A stretch of DNA of 32,995 nucleotides from the NCBI RefSeq assembly GCF_001194135.2, contig NC_068981.1, positions 164,333,973 through 164,366,967 of the forward strand, written 5' to 3'. The position numbers were made by a program, and so were the translations under genes. The DNA comes from Octopus bimaculoides. Taxonomy: Eukaryota. Below the pieces are notes generated by a model. That model saw only the letters and a list, made by a program, of their open reading frames with translations, made no database searches and was not told the origin of the DNA. Of the stretch, positions 1-11,260 are shown in pieces (the first letter of the stretch is position 1; every line of letters starts with the position of its first letter).

Positions 1-47
<47 letters not shown>

Positions 48-156
48 CATCTATTAACACACATACATATATATAAATATACTTACGAACATACGTACAA
101 ACATACATACAAGCATACATACATGCATACATACATATATATACATACATATTAAC

Positions 157-187
<31 letters not shown>

Positions 188-190
188 CAG
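1..190. repeat. Compound microsatellite (CT)n then (TACA)n
   Basis: Direct reading of the repeat units. Confidence 0.95.
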
Positions 191-192
191 AC

Positions 193-783
193 GTAGACCT
201 CAATAAAATGTAAGTACAACAGACCTGATATAATGATTTGGGATAGAGAAGAGAAACTGTGTACAGATGTGGAAATTAGCTGTCCAGCGGATATTATCAT
301 AAAGTTGGAGATTAGCTAAAAAAAGGAACACCTATGCTGAATAATTGAGAAACCTGTAGTTACTCTATCAAAATTACAAGTTTAGGTTTATACCTGTAAT
401 TATTGAGGCCCTGAGATATGTAACACACTGCCTAAATACCAATCTTGAGAAATAAGGCTTCTCAAAACCAGAAAGAAGAACGCTAATTCGAAGACTACAG
501 ATCCAATCCATCGCTGGAACTCTAAAATCTGTAAAACTTTCCAGAAGTTTATCATTTAAATATATATGAGCATGTCTAGATATGCAACTATATGCATGAG
601 AATACATACATAAAATATACAAATCTGCACATACATACATACATACATACATACATGCATATATACATATATATACACACATACAAACAAAAATACTCTG
701 TTGTTGATGGTGAAATTCCAGTGAAGGAACCTAGGATCTAGATTAGAAACCGGCTCTTTCTCTCTTGGTAAAAAACCTTGAAA
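193..783 (+). mobile_element. 5'-truncated R4/Dong-type non-LTR retrotransposon remnant (restriction-like endonuclease C-terminus plus probable 3' UTR)
   Basis: Manual translation from ~205: KCKYNRPDIMIWDREEKLCTDVEISCPAD...YKFRFIPVIIEAL...LGFS-like...RRLQIQSIAGTLK, with stops and frameshifts. This matches the NRPD..(D/E)..P / IPxxIGALG pattern of RLE-bearing R4/Dong-like elements. The 3' extent beyond ~620 is inferred. Confidence 0.8.
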
Positions 784-811
784 CATACATATATACATAT
801 AGAGAAATATA

Positions 812-1420
812 AACTGAGTGTTCGGGCTAAATTTGACAGTTTGCATAAAATGAAAAGAAAACACAGTATTGCATCGGAAAATAAAAGAGATAACTCTTTA
901 CTCAAACAGTGTCATCAGTTTCCACTACAGCCTCAAAGCGGCTGCAAAACCTGGCGCATGAGTTCATCACAGTGTGCATGGGAAGATCTTTGGACATCCC
1001 CTTGACCTCGGTCAGCAGCTTGGTCATGGCGTTTCAGGTAGAGCAGTTGGTGTCTTTCTCAACCGCATCCAAAACATAGTAAACCATGGGATTACAATCG
1101 GGATAATTAGGAGGCCGGAAATTGCGGCTGGTAAAGTCGTAAAATTTTCCTACGACTATTTTTAACTTCTTTCTAAGGTAACCAAAGAGCCGAATCCTGC
1201 GGCCACACATATGGCCTTACAGTAAGTATCATCTTCAGCCAGGGATTCTCCCGCCGCTTCACATACCCGTGTGAATTGAGTCTAAGAGCCTGTTCAAAGA
1301 CGTGGGGATGAATGTAGGTATGTGGACGCAGTCAGAACGCTTACTGTGTCCCTTCCTGCTGGCCACGTTTTCGCTGTCCCCGATGCAGTAGTCTATGTCA
1401 CGTGTTGCAGTATTTACATT
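812..1420 (-). mobile_element. Decayed Tc1/mariner DD37D (maT-type) transposon: transposase C-terminal half plus 3' TIR
   Basis: Minus-strand translation: PHVFEQALRLNSHGYV...RPYVWPQDSA (QDS at 1191-1199)...DFTSRNFRPPNYPDCNPMVYYVLDAVEKDTN...CARFCSRFEAVVE. The motif pattern matches DD37D transposases, with the third D mutated to V, plus stops and frameshifts. TIR-like ACTGAGTGTTCGGGCTAAATTTGACAGTTT at ~813-842. Confidence 0.85.
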
Positions 1421-1810
1421 CTTCACAGGGCATTGAACAGCATTCATGACATCGGGATTTTGATACCCGAATCGAATCATCATGATATAGGTACTCTTTT
1501 CCAGTATTCCGATGGCTCTTAGTCCTCTATGTCAGCTAGCATTTTCTCAGCTGTGACTTTAATCATTATACTCTGCAACGCCGTTGACTATTCACATGAA
1601 GGATTTTTTTCATGTGTGCGTGTGTGTATGGATCTCCCTAAGCGTAAGCGTATATTTGAATACCTTTTTCTACCTTGGGATAGAACTTTCCATAACCATC
1701 AACATAAACTTTCTCACTCATAACACCTGTATGTTTGAAAAATGTAACTTACCCAAATAAAGAGCAATTCATATACAAGTCTCTCTCTCTCACACACACA
1801 CACATATAGT

Positions 1811-2037
1811 GGAGGCGCGTGGCTTAGTGGTTAGGGTGTCAGCATCATGATCGTAAGATTGTGGTTTCGATTCCTGGACAGGGTGACGCGTTGTGTTCTT
1901 GAGCACGTTACTCCAGTCCACTAAGCTGGCAAAAATGAGTAACGCTGAGATGGACAGGCGTCCCGTCCAGCTGGGGAACACATACGCCATTGAAACCGAG
2001 AAACCGGGCCCATGAGCCTGGTTAGGCTTTAAAAGGG
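1811..2037 (+). mobile_element. tRNA-derived SINE (head 1 plus tail module A)
   Basis: Pol III A box TGGCTTAGTGG (1820-1830) and B box GGTTTCGATTCC (1863-1874). The 3' module GATGGAC..GCGTCCCGTCCAGCTGGGG...GAAACCGGGCCCATGAGCCTGG is shared with the copies at 2044 and 22901. Confidence 0.85.
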
Positions 2038-2043
2038 TGAAGT

Positions 2044-2532
2044 GGAAGAGCAATGGCCCAGTGGTTAGGGCAGCGGACTCGCAGTCGGAGGATCGCGGTT
2101 TTGATTCCCAGACCGGGCGTTGTGTGGGTTTATTGAGCGAAAACACCTAAAGCTTCACGAGGCTCCGGCAGGGGTTGTACTCTTTCGCCCCAACTTTCTC
2201 TCACTCTTTCTTCCTGTTTCTTGAGTAACGTTGCGATGGACTGACGTCCCGTCCAGCTGGGGGTAAAACATAAGCCATAGAAACCNNNNNNNNNNNNNNN
2301 NNNNNNNNNNNNNNNNNNNNNNNNNNNNNNNNNNNNNNNNNNNNNNNNNNNNNNNNNNNNNNNNNNNNNNNNNNNNNNNNNNNNNNNNNNNNNNNNNNNN
2401 NNNNNNNNNNNNNNNNNNNNNNNNNNNNNNNNNNNNNNNNNNNNNNNNNNNNNNNNNNNNNNNNNNNNNNNNNNNNNNNNNNNNGAAACCTGTCCCATGA
2501 GCCTGGCTAGGCTTTAACAGGGCGCATAAATA

Positions 2533-2533
<1 letters not shown>
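2044..2533 (+). mobile_element. tRNA-derived SINE (head 2 plus body plus tail module A), interrupted by N gap 2286-2484
   Basis: A box TGGCCCAGTGG (2054-2064), B-box-like GGTTTTGATTCC, body TTTATTGAGCGAAAACACCTAAAGCT, and tail A on both sides of the gap. Confidence 0.85.
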
Positions 2534-2563
<30 letters not shown>

Positions 2564-3857
2564 TATGTACTATGTATGTATGTGTGTATGTATGTATAAA
2601 CACCTAAACAGGCGCACACAGACATATTTGTTTTCGGTGAATTGAAGTGTTGCTTCACGCTTTTTTACTATCTTTCCGATGCGAAGTTAATTTCAATAAA
2701 TTTACAATTTCATCTTGTATGGCACCAGTAGGCCTTTCTATGTGTCTTCTTGCAATCCAAATCTATACCATTGATCAATCTGCATAGCTGAATTTTGTCT
2801 TAGTTATACATACATACATACATACATACAATGAAACACACATACACACGCACACACGCACACACACATCTTCACCTGCACACATACATAGACACACACA
2901 CGCACTCGAATATTTCGTACACAAACCACTCGGTTTGTATAGAATCCGGAACTACATGGTTTCAAAGTAAACTTGTTAACTTGTTAACCACACAACTAAG
3001 ATTAATATGTTGTCACATGTTCATTTGCTTTTAAATTCTTCAGCAAGCTTTTATTTCAATGTTTATCTGGGCATGCTTTTGTTCAAATATAAGTTAGTGT
3101 GGTTTCATTTTATTGTTTTTCTTTGGTTCATTTTTTAAATATTCTTTTATTCTTGTAATGTATTCAGTCATTAGACTAAAGCCAGGACATGATAAGGTGC
3201 AGCCTTTCATTGAATGATATTATTAGCTTTCAGAAAAAAGAGTTACCAATTTTCCGTCTTATCTTTTTTTTGCAACGTGAAAACCAAAGGGTCAACGGCC
3301 GGTATCGCGTCACCAGTGTTGCATTTATCTTCATAGCAAAGTCAACTAAATAGCCCAGTTCACATGGCTTTGGAGCCTACGCGTAAGTGAAAAATTACTA
3401 TTGCTAAGCTTAATTCCCACCCCTTGGACCAGGAAGGAGCAATGAAAAGGTACACCAGTTTATCTTCCCTTAAATCATTAGATAGATACAGAATCTTCTC
3501 TGATATCCTAACGAGTTAATGGGTTTCCTGAAATTACTTCGTGTATCATATATCATTTCAAAATGAATGATCTAGTATGTATATTTTCCAATCTTGCAAA
3601 TGGATATCTTTCTAATCTCTCATCACATCTTATCTGTTTTATTTTTTATTCTGTTGGATTCTTTCTTCAGTGTTCTTCTCAAATGACAAGGCCATGTGTT
3701 GGCAGAAATGGTAGACCACCAGATTAAATGCATTTCACTCTTTAGTTGTTTCCTTTTCCCTCGTCCTGTGTGTGCAGTATGAATGAATATATCGTAGTCC
3801 ACTCATAATTTCATCACTCTAAAGACGAGAATTTAACTTCCAGTATATACTGCTGCC

Positions 3858-3930
3858 GGTTTAATCTAGCCGTTCCCAAACTATCGGTCACGACATACAT
3901 AGGGTCGTTGTATATTTCTAAAAGGGGACG
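3858..3930. mobile_element. Possible hAT/Charlie-type MITE terminal fragment
   Basis: CTAGCCGTTCCCAAACTATCGGTCACGAC resembles CAG(C/T)GGTTCCCAAACT-type hAT TIRs. No partner end found. Confidence 0.3.
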
Positions 3931-3983
3931 CAAAAAGCAAATTTTGTTTTTATATGAAATATTTGATGAGATGTAAAATACTG

Positions 3984-4102
3984 AAGCCATAGGTATAAAG
4001 GCCTGATGCTATAATAGAAGACAGTTGCCGAAGATGCCACGCAGCAGGACTGAACCTGGAAACATGTGGTCGGGAAGCAAGCTTCTTACCAGACAGCCAG
4101 CG
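3984..4102 (-). mobile_element. 5' head of CORE-like tRNA SINE (family C)
   Basis: Homologous to 32430-32526 (TAGAAGACA..CC.AAG.TGCC.CGCAG..GGACTGAACC...GCTTCTTA.CCA.ACAGCC). Confidence 0.75.
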
Positions 4103-5259
4103 TTTATTTTTTTAAAGTCGCCTTCTAATAAACCGGTGTAATTTTTACTTCCAGTTATATTATCTTGAAGCGTTGCTGTGACTTCTGCCTTCTGTAGAAG
4201 ATGGAGTTAACCATATAAGACTAGTCAAGTGGACAAGACTAGTCAAGTGGACAAGTTTCAGGTTCTCGACAGTTACAACTGGGATTAGTTTCTTGGTGAT
4301 GCTTACGGGTGATAATGTTATTCATACTGAAGCAGCAGCAGTATGATGCAATCTAGTTTAATTTGGCTTCTACTGTTATAGAGAACGAAACTTTAATTTT
4401 CTTTTCTTTTCTATTTCTGGCTTTATTCATCCTTTCATTTTTGCACCAGCCCTCTTTTCATTTTTTTTTCGTGATTTCTCGTGTACCAGCGTCCTGATTT
4501 TCAAATAGAATAGACCATGTGCTCGGAGATTGAAGATTATTTGGAGACTCAAAACCTGCCTAGACATGTCTTCACAGTAATAAACTATTAGTAGCTCTTT
4601 ACACTGTTTTCTTTTCTTTAAATTGTTTCTGCTCTAAAGCAGCGGTCATGCTGGGGCACCACCGTTGGACGGGTCACCACCGTTGTACATTAAATAATAT
4701 ATGTGTGTGTATGTGTGTGTTTGTGTGTGTGTATGTGTGTGTGTGTGAGTGTGCGTGTGTGCACGCGTGCGTGAATGTATGTATGTTCGCGTAGGCACTT
4801 TGTAATCGAACGTATGCGCAACCCTGGGACAAAAGTCTTCACAAAACGATTTAACATCACACTAGGTGTCATTGGCCTCGAGTCAGCATGTATCTGGGAC
4901 ATTATTAGCACAGAGATAGTAAAGAACCAAACAATAGCGAAGAAGGAAGCAATGAGCTGACATTTGTCACACCTTCCTCCTTCCTGAGTCTTACACACAG
5001 TAACGAGTGCTTGTCAGTCAATGTAATAATAACTATCAACACAAAAGTCATATTTTATCTATTCACTTCGAAAGTCTGTTGATTGTTTTCTCTTTTATTT
5101 TTGTTTTTAAAGTTTTGAATGAAATAAGGAAGTGTGAACACACACGCACTCGCAAACACACACACACGCACGCACGCACGCACGCACGCACGAACGCACG
5201 TGTATGTTCTCTTCTTTTCTCACTTCTCTATGTCGTGCTGCTTCACTCAGTCTTTAGGG

Positions 5260-5500
5260 GTTCCAGGTTCGATGATTCTGCTCGACACTGACCAAGTCAG
5301 CAGTGTCTTCTAATGTAACAACGGCTTGATCAATGTTCTTTTATTGGAATTTTGTAAACAGAAACTATACGGAAGCCCATGATATATTTTATACTTGCTT
5401 TTACCTTTTATCCTCTACTTATCTCAGTCATTGAACTACGTCCATATTGGGGCACCACCTTCAAGGGTTCAACAAATCAAACCCCGATACTAATTTTTAA
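5260..5500. mobile_element. Degenerate family C SINE pieces (plus-strand 5' part followed by minus-strand 3' tail)
   Basis: Partial similarity to the copies at 16281 and 32163 (CAGTCATTG.ACT.CG.CCAT..TGGGGCACCACC). Confidence 0.5.
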
Positions 5501-5687
5501 AATCTAATATGAAATGCTGCTAAGCGTGCTAACGAGTCTGCCAGCTCGTCGCCTTAATGCCAGATATAGCAGAGGATCGAACTAAATGCATTACAGTTTT
5601 TCATTTAAGTTCTAACATTTCTGATTTGAGTTGGGTAGAACTTTGGTTTTACTCTCTGCCAAGCTGATACAATAAATACCTTGTTTT

Positions 5688-6077
5688 GGCGATCTTTCGG
5701 TACGAGTTCCTAATTATCGTCCTTTTCCGTAAAAAGTGTCTTCGGCGATCTTTACCAAAGATCGGCTCTTTCCGTAACACCCGCACAATCTTCACTACGG
5801 TGTTAGGGTTAGGGTTTTAGTGTCAGAGTTATGGTTTTAGGGTTAGGGTTAGTGTTTAGGGTTAGGGTTACGGTTACGGTTAGGGACGGAATTCCCTAAC
5901 GCAAACCGTAAAACCCAAACCCTAACCGTAAACCTAACCCTAACCCTAACTCTAAACGCTTCAAAATAAATCGCACTCTCTGTATGTCTTTCGCTGTTAT
6001 GACGTCGTTTCCCTGTTTCTCTCCAACACTTTTTACGGAAAAGGCCGATTATTAGGAACTTGTACCGAAAGATCGCC
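5688..6077. mobile_element. 390-bp non-autonomous DNA transposon (MITE) with 52-bp TIRs, 8-bp TSD and internal inverted telomere-like arrays
   Basis: TIRs at 5688-5739 and 6026-6077 match at 49/52. CTTGTTTT is duplicated at 5680-5687 and 6078-6085. (TTAGGG)-like array 5803-5885 and (CCCTAA)-like array 5894-5957. Confidence 0.93.
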
Positions 6078-6519
6078 CTTGTTTTAATCGCTTATACAGG
6101 CTTACATGTAAAAAGACTTTAGCTTTCGTTAATTTTAAAGTAACCAAGATTAGAAATAATTAAACCATTTAGAGGAAACACTTACGTGGACGAGACTGAT
6201 AAAATTGGTTCGAATATTGAGCCATTGTTAGTACGGTAAAATATCGTGCATTTAGCAAATCATTAAGTATACACAGGCGCATACATACGCACACACTCAC
6301 CTGCATACGCACGCACCCATCTATGTATATATATAAAACCTACTAGTGTAGCATCTACTTGCTAGGTCGTTGTCAATGTGTGTGCGTGCTTGTGTGCATG
6401 CGTACATGAGCGTGCATGCGTACATGAGTGTATATATGTGTATATGTAAGAGACAACTTGATGTCGTTGTGTAGCTACTGTTATGAACCGAGAAACAGAG
6501 TCGATAATTGTGCTTCTTA

Positions 6520-6677
6520 GCAGCATTATAGTAGGCCCCCGGGAAAATCAATCTCTGGGCCCTAAAGTATATACTTATTGACAGAAAACCACGACATATA
6601 TAGATCAGAATTGGATACCTATACCCGTGCGGGGCCTGAGCAACTGCCCAGGGTGTCCATACCTTAAGACAGCACTG
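6520..6677. mobile_element. Probable hAT-like MITE remnant (one recognisable end)
   Basis: The right end reads CAGTGCTGTCTTAAGGTATGG..CCCTGGGCAGTTGCTCAGGCCCC on the minus strand, the same style as the 32647-32919 element. The left end is unclear. Confidence 0.35.
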
Positions 6678-9600
6678 CATCAGTCCATAGTTTATGTGTA
6701 ACTGCTGAGTGCGTTATTGTTGTTAATAAACACTGATGTTAATCCACTATCTTGTAAATCTATTTACAATTGTATAGCGGTGTGTATATTATTATGAGTC
6801 TCTCTCCGGTAGAATAAATGCAATCAACTGTTCTGTTGGTGAATTTCAATTAACTGTCAACTAGACTAAACTCGATCAACTGTCCACATAGACAAACTTG
6901 AATAATTGTCCACTTGACCAACGCGGTCGTCTGACCTACTAGAAATAGCAGCCAAATTTCTCTCAAATTATATCGTATTCTTTTTAGAAAAGGGAAAGTA
7001 TTGGATGACACAGTTTCAGCTAAATTATCTGTAATTAGCAGGAGTTAAACATGACTAGATGACTAAAATAACTTTATCCTAGGGCCATTCAATCAGAAAC
7101 AAATGGGCAACAAAATAAGAAATTAACATCAACAAAAAAATTCAAATTTCCAAATGAGTAAATTAAATCTTATAATTCATTTAATTCAGATAGGAAATAC
7201 AACATCGGAAAAGTCGATCATGCTGGTATTTCATCTCATTATTGAAGCAGCAGACGAGAAAGAGTGGTTCAGTTCCTCGTAGTGAGTCGCAGGTATTATG
7301 CAAAATGTGTTCAATTTTTCCCAAGTAATTAAATCATTTTATCTAGACAATTTGAATTATTAACAAAGAGAGACTGAAATGTGATGATTAGAAGGAGCAC
7401 AGTTTGAATACAAAGCAGTATTAATTTGTCCCTATTCCTAGTTGCATAATAATTTCATCCCTCTAAAAACTAGGATAATTTGTTATTTTTCTTGTTGATT
7501 AGTCCCGAGTCAGACGTAGTCTTGAACACCTATGGTCAAAATTACTACTTCTAGCAGTTTGAGTGACCACGCAGGTGCTCCATAGTCGATTCGTCTCAAT
7601 CGAATTTAAAAGGAAGGCTTATTCATTACATTGCTACATGAATGAGCACTAATTAACATTGTTTTATTTAGAAAGAAAGACAAAAATATTCACTATTTCA
7701 TAGTTAAACCAAATTAATGTTACCTAACATTCTCAAATAAGACGAATTAAATTCCTGCAACTAGGAATGGAATATTGCAGACTGGCCTTAAAAGAAGAGT
7801 CCTTTCTGCTCTGCAGAAGTAGTTTCCCTTTTCGAAGCTACCCCTTCCCGACAAGGGAAAGCAATTTTTAAAAGCAATTTTTGAACGAAGATTTTCCTAA
7901 AGAGGCATTTGGGATGCTGATATCAATTTTTCTATAAAGTTGTCTTCCCTTCGAAATTCATGAGCGCTTTAACTCTTTATTCTCACCCCCTTTTAACTAA
8001 TAAAGACAAACAGTGCCGCATTCTAGTATCTCAAATATTCCGTTGAAACTTAAAAATTAGGCAATTGCTTATGAAAATAAATTGAAATGTTATGGTGGTC
8101 ACTACTATATATCAATACTTCCCAATACACTGTTGAATGAAAGTTAGCTAACCATAAAAATCTTAGAAGAATCAGTGTCCGAGGAAAATAGTCGCTGCCT
8201 ACCTCAGCAAAAATTATTAAATAAAATTCTTGTAATTGAATGATTTCGTGTGCCATGAAGAAGCGAGACTATTGACGTTTCCAGAAAAGACGCTTATGCA
8301 AGAGAGGAGACTTTTTTTTATCGAAATATCTTAAGTTCTTTTTAAAAGACGGCAAAAATTAGGTTTGCGCTTAACTTGAACATTTTTCTATCTAGCCACA
8401 AACAACTACCCGGCCTCCAAATGACTGAAATAATGCCATTAAATTTCTAGAATAGTATTTGTTTAGTGTTGCTTGTCTACACAAACTAGTTTTATATGAT
8501 AACTAAGATTGATTAGAAATCATCTCAGGAATTATATTTTGCACGAGACTGAAATACGAAAAGATGTTATACATCTGTTGTTGAATGTTATTTCTTTTAT
8601 ATTTTCATTCATTTTCTTTCCATTTTGTTCTTTTCTTCATTATTAGTTTGATTTCTATTAATGTCGTAAAATTAGACATGGATGGCTTACAGCAATTTAC
8701 ACGCTATGACCACTATATTTCTGACAGGTCTTTATAGAAAATAGCTAATGATATGACTTCTTCGCCTTAGGATATATTTGAAAATAGACAACGATTTTGT
8801 TTTATGAATGAGAAAAATGTCACACCGCATTGTCTGCGTCGTTTTTAGGACTTTTAACTTGTAAGCATATTTATGATTCTATGTTATAGATTAATACAAA
8901 TCCCGCTAATTACATCTTGAATTTCGAATCATATGTATACTTATAACTACACTGGTAGATGGAGAACGCTTCATTAATAATACATTTCAATTACAGAATC
9001 AGATTTGAAATACCGATGTTCATTTAATAATAATAATACTCTGATTACGAACCAAATAGACTATATTTTCCTTTCACACACACACATATATATATATTAA
9101 ATTCAAATTACGACAAACGTAAACAAACAAACGAAGTTTGCTTTTAGAAGCGTTGTGATGTCTTAGAAAGTTAAAGAAGTGATTTTAAATTATATATATA
9201 TTTTAAATATATATATATATATGTNNNNNNNNNNAATATTAGAAGCTGTCAGTATTTTCCTTTAAAATATTACTAGTTACTTAAATAAGAGAAGAGCTAG
9301 TGTTGAATCGCGGCCATGATTTAGTTTACATCTTTGTTGATTCCAAAATTCACATTTTACCTTTAAGTGGTTGGCTAAATATGATAGACGCAACTTCTTA
9401 TCCTGGATTATTGAGTCTAGTCTTTATAAGCCAAACTTTGAGGCAGAAAAAGGAAATAGGCACGCTGCTGGCCCCACCTGTGGATCGCCCACCTGTGGAT
9501 CGCCTGCCATGCGCCCAAGTAGCATAATAAAATTGTCCTAGCCCAGTTCTCTCTACCACTCGCACCTTTACTTCACTCCATCTCTCTATTTAGTTTTTCT

Positions 9601-9712
9601 GTCATTTTGTAAGATGTACTATTTTTATCTCCACAACGTAATCTATCAGTCACTTAGCGTAGAAGGATAGTTTGTAGCTACATATATATCATAGATATCA
9701 TATCAAACACAC

Positions 9713-9846
<134 letters not shown>

Positions 9847-10265
9847 GTTCTTAGGAGGGATAAGAAAATCCTTTAGGTATGAGTCAATCTGTATATTCTC
9901 CATTTTACCAGTAGTATTAATTTTAAGTACTTACTTATGTTATCTATTTAAGTAATTACTAAAAAGTAATGAACAAAATAGTAAATAAATAAAAAGATGA
10001 TATAAATCAATGGTTAGTTGAGGTAAAGGTTATAATAACCGTCTAAGGGATAGAAGTATTCATTGCACTACCGGTATATTGCATGTACAGTATCCCTGTT
10101 GCGCTTTATTTGTCAGTTGTTGCTATGTATAATATGAGTTTAAAATGGGAGAATTAATAATAGTTCATTCCATTCAACAACAGTATAAAAAATTTTAGTA
10201 TGAGCACATAACTTCAAGAAATGTCCCCTGGAAATCGTTTACGATTACATTTAATATTTGTTTCA

Positions 10266-10467
10266 AGTATTGGCACAAAGCCAGCAATTTCGGGGGGAGG
10301 GGTGAGTCGATTACATCAATTCCGGTGCTCAAACGATACTTATTTTTCATCAACCGTGAAAGGATGAAAGGCAAAGTCGACCTCGGCGGAATTTGAAATC
10401 AGAACATGGAGACAGACGAAAGGCATTTTGCGAGCGTGCATAACGATTCTGCCTGCTCGCCGCCTTA
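10266..10467 (-). mobile_element. tRNA-derived SINE family N (central domain GAGGTCGACTTTGCCTTTCATCCTTTC)
   Basis: Reverse complement of the well-preserved copy at 13828-14124. Confidence 0.85.
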
Positions 10468-10834
10468 CGATGATATTTAATATTGGAAGATATTTAGTGC
10501 AGATCCAGAGTTGAGGACACAGTTTATGAAATTACAAAATTGCATAATATTCGTATATGCTATGCTGTAAACATGTCGGATGGCACACCGAATGTGCGTG
10601 TGACTGCGAACAATAGGCCAATAATTAGCTGTTTAAGTGAAAGTTGGGAGCTGGCTTATGTCAATAGTTGTCACGTATGAAAAAAAACATCCTTTTATAC
10701 ANNNNNNNNNNNNNNNNNNNNNNNNNNNNNNNNNNNNNNNNNNNNNNNNNNNNNNNNNNNNNNNNNNNNNNNNNNNNNNNNNNNNNNNNNNNNNNNNNNN
10801 NNNNNNNNNNNNNNNNNNNNNNNNNNNNNNNNNN

Positions 10835-10993
10835 CGTCTGTCTTTATGTCCTGAGTTCAAATTCCGCCGAGGTCGACTTTGCTTTCATCCTTTCGGGGTC
10901 GATAAATTAGGCACCAGTTGCGTACTGGGGTCGATTTAATCGACTGGCCCCTCCCCAAAAATTTCGGGCCTTGTGCTTAGAGTAGAAAACAAT
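10835..10993 (+). mobile_element. SINE family N (5' end lost in N gap)
   Basis: CTGAGTTCAAATTCCGCCGAGGTCGACTTTGC.TTTCATCCTTTCGGGGTCGAT central domain. Confidence 0.9.
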
Positions 10994-10994
10994 A

Positions 10995-11260
10995 TATACA
11001 CACACACATACACCCAGACACACACATAAATATATATGGATATATATACAGATATACACACACATACACGCACACACACACGCGCACATACGCACACACA
11101 CACATACACGAACACACACAAACACACACACATACACGTGCGCGCACACACACACGCACACGCACGCACATACACACACACACATATACATATATATATA
11201 TATATATATATACCCATATATACGTACGTATATGAATATAAACACTGATTGAGTGAGACA
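10995..11260. repeat. Degenerate (CA)n/(TA)n microsatellite
   Basis: Direct reading. Confidence 0.9.

Noticed and set aside
1811-2110. tRNA genes
   Set aside because: The A/B boxes lead into SINE bodies and no complete cloverleaf or acceptor stem is present. They are SINE heads.
3250-3392. Possible exons (minus-strand APKPCELGYLVDF... or plus-strand 46-nt exon before GTAAGT)
   Set aside because: Open frames of about 45 codons or fewer with plausible splice sites arise by chance at this frequency. No recognisable homology.
5803-5957. Genuine ancestral telomere-telomere chromosome fusion site
   Set aside because: The arrays are short and degenerate and are enclosed by TIRs and a TSD, so a transposon origin explains them better.
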